From positions 38,316,001 to 38,380,000 of the forward strand of contig CM126210.1 of assembly GCA_052327205.1 (NCBI GenBank): a stretch of DNA of 64,000 nt, in the 5' to 3' direction. Below, one piece after another: positions 62,211 to 64,000 of this stretch. The notes beneath the pieces were generated by a model, which had not been told where the DNA came from, searched no databases, and saw only the letters and a program-made list of their open reading frames with translations. Source of the stretch: Somniosus microcephalus (Eukaryota). Numbering within the stretch: the first letter of the stretch is position 1; the number at the start of each line of letters is the position of its first letter. The translations under genes were made by a program, and so were the position numbers.

Positions 62211-62417
62211 CTGCTGAGATCTCTGTATAGCAGCATCGATTTCTTCCACCTTCTGCGCTATGGTGTCACTCGCTAATCTGTACCGCTCGTTGTCATCAGA
62301 CACCAGCTTGTCGAGTCCTTCTCTCGCTCTCCATGGGACCAGCTCCAACAGAGCGCTGCTGATCTCGTTAACAGTGTCCAGGCTCACCCGGTGTTCCATC
62401 ATCTCTTTCCTCAGCTC
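62211..62417 (-). CDS. DST: DST exon, 207 nt: [69 protein letters not shown]
   Basis: ccctag|GAG...CAG|gtgtgt; [14 protein letters not shown] motif. Confidence 0.95.
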
Positions 62418-62554
62418 CTAGGGATCAGCACAGAAAGCGAGTTACCTCAGCACACGCTTGTTGGGTTTACTGCATCACTGCGTCGTGCAACTGTGCACTG
62501 CACGAGACGACAAGAATATTTCAGTCTTCACTTGATTGAAGGTAATGCAATATT

Positions 62555-63260
62555 GGCCCATATTTTCCGACCCCCACGGGTGCGTACGCATCCAGAGGGG
62601 CCTCGCAAGAGCCGGTTTCAGGCATGCACTTCGCATGCCTTGAAACCAGCACTTCCGATCTGTCAAGAATCCTCTCGACAGATCCTCCGCCTGCCCTGGA
62701 GAAGGGCCTCTGTGGGCAGAGAGTTCCGCTTTCTGCAGAACCTCCGTCCGCAGAAAACCATTAAAAATATTACACCTGGTAAAAGCAGGTTTAAGGCCTG
62801 CTTTTACCAGCATAAGAGTTTTAAAAGTTTTTTTTTAATTCACTCATTTATAATTAAAAAAAACTTTTTAAAAAAAAGTTTATTTTTAGCCCCATAAAAA
62901 ACTTTAATTTTTGTTCAAAATATTTAATTTAATGTAATTTTACCTCATTTTAAATGTGATTTTTTTTAAAATTTATTTAATGTTGTGTGTTTTTTGCGTG
63001 ATCCCCATTCACGCTTTTGACATGTAGAGAGACCTGTCAAAAGTGTGAAGGGGGATTCCCTTCTTTGATTGGTTCCCCAGGGCCCACGTGATCCCAGGGA
63101 CACTTGCGAACTGCCTGCGCCCCTGGGATAGCTGGGCCTCTGCGCACGCGGACCAGGAGGCGCCCAAGAGCGGAAGTGTCGGGACCTACGGTAAGTTGGT
63201 AGATTTTCCCAGATCGGAGGCAACCGCACGCAGGAAGCCTCCGATCGGAAAATCCGGGCC
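62555..63260 (+). mobile_element. About 700-bp TIR-bounded non-autonomous DNA element, copy 2
   Basis: GGCCCATATTTTCCGA ... TCGGAAAATCCGGGCC; colinear with 21481-22219. Confidence 0.8.
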
Positions 63261-64000
63261 AATGTGTTTTTCAAATTGAGACCTATTGTCAAAAGTAAGT
63301 TTTAAAAAGTATAATCTTGTTATGTGAAATCGAGAGTATTTTAAAAGTGATAACATGATACATAATGAAACACCAAAATAACATATACCTGTGCTTGGGG
63401 TTGATTTTGACATTGTGCGATAGTGTAAATCGGGTAACAGCGAGTCAGCAGCCTGTCTCCTCTCTCTCCCCATTTTTATTGCCAATGGATGGGCCGATGG
63501 AACCAAGATGCAAAACGGGCTGCTGATTCGCTATCGTCCCTTTTACATTATTGCACAAAGTCAAGATCTACCCCACTGAGTCCAATGAATGCGGTTTGGA
63601 TGAAATGGTAAAACTACAATACCAAAGCTTCAAGTGGTTTCTAATCATAACCCCCACCGAGATTAGACAGCAGCCCCGGTCACGGTTTAACCATCTGAAA
63701 TGCTTTATTTCAGGAGAGGTCATTTTCCGTGGTGATGTCATTCTCCTTGGCTCCTGCAATGACTATCAGCGTGTTCCTGATGCACTGTGATGTTTACAAA
63801 AGAATTAGCAATTGTGTCATCGCAGCACTTTTTGAAGAAAAAAGTAACTTGTGGTTAATGACCGAAATGTTCTTAATTTAGCAAATAAAATGTAACCAAA
63901 CCGCAGTCAATATATCAAGTTGGCATTAACACTACAGCATACTATTTATTCCCCCCCAAAAAATGAAAGATATAGTTTTTAAAATAAGCCCAATTGTGAT

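Larger units (their letters stand above)
846..62417 (-). other. DST: Dystonin (spectraplakin) gene, internal portion: 22 exons encoding about 1200 aa of the spectrin-repeat rod; gene extends beyond both window ends
   Basis: All 22 exons have AG/GT borders and join in one open frame (3600 nt). Peptides such as [44 protein letters not shown] and GAKHSV match recalled DST rather than the paralog MACF1. Confidence 0.93.

Noticed and set aside
846-62417. MACF1 as the gene identity
   Set aside because: Most diagnostic peptides ([41 protein letters not shown]) fit DST as recalled.

Overview
Eukaryotic (vertebrate) genomic DNA, almost certainly a cartilaginous fish, judged from the repeat landscape (CR1/HER1-type LINEs, HE1-type V-SINE, Deu-domain SINEs, L2). 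The whole window lies inside the dystonin (DST/BPAG1) gene on the minus strand. I could delimit 22 GT-AG exons by hand (62417 down to 846, 3600 nt = 1200 codons, one continuous frame) that encode spectrin repeats of the rod domain. Introns are full of CR1/L2/Rex LINE fragments, SINEs and TIR-bounded MITEs, and also hold a 4.7-kb GC/purine-rich compound satellite (source of the spurious 791-1639 aa ORFs) and a 46-bp minisatellite. The most unusual items are: (1) a 706-bp non-repeat insert inside a CR1 copy (50921-51626) that is densely packed with tandem and overlapping ORFs and looks like a captured viral genome fragment; (2) a templated copy of part of a DST exon plus its splice acceptor, pasted into a LINE tail in an upstream intron; (3) related MITEs in inverted orientation around a frame-shifting exon; (4) a Penelope-type palindrome with hammerhead-core motifs; (5) a 40-bp micro-inversion. 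Homology calls are from memory and visual alignment, not from searches.
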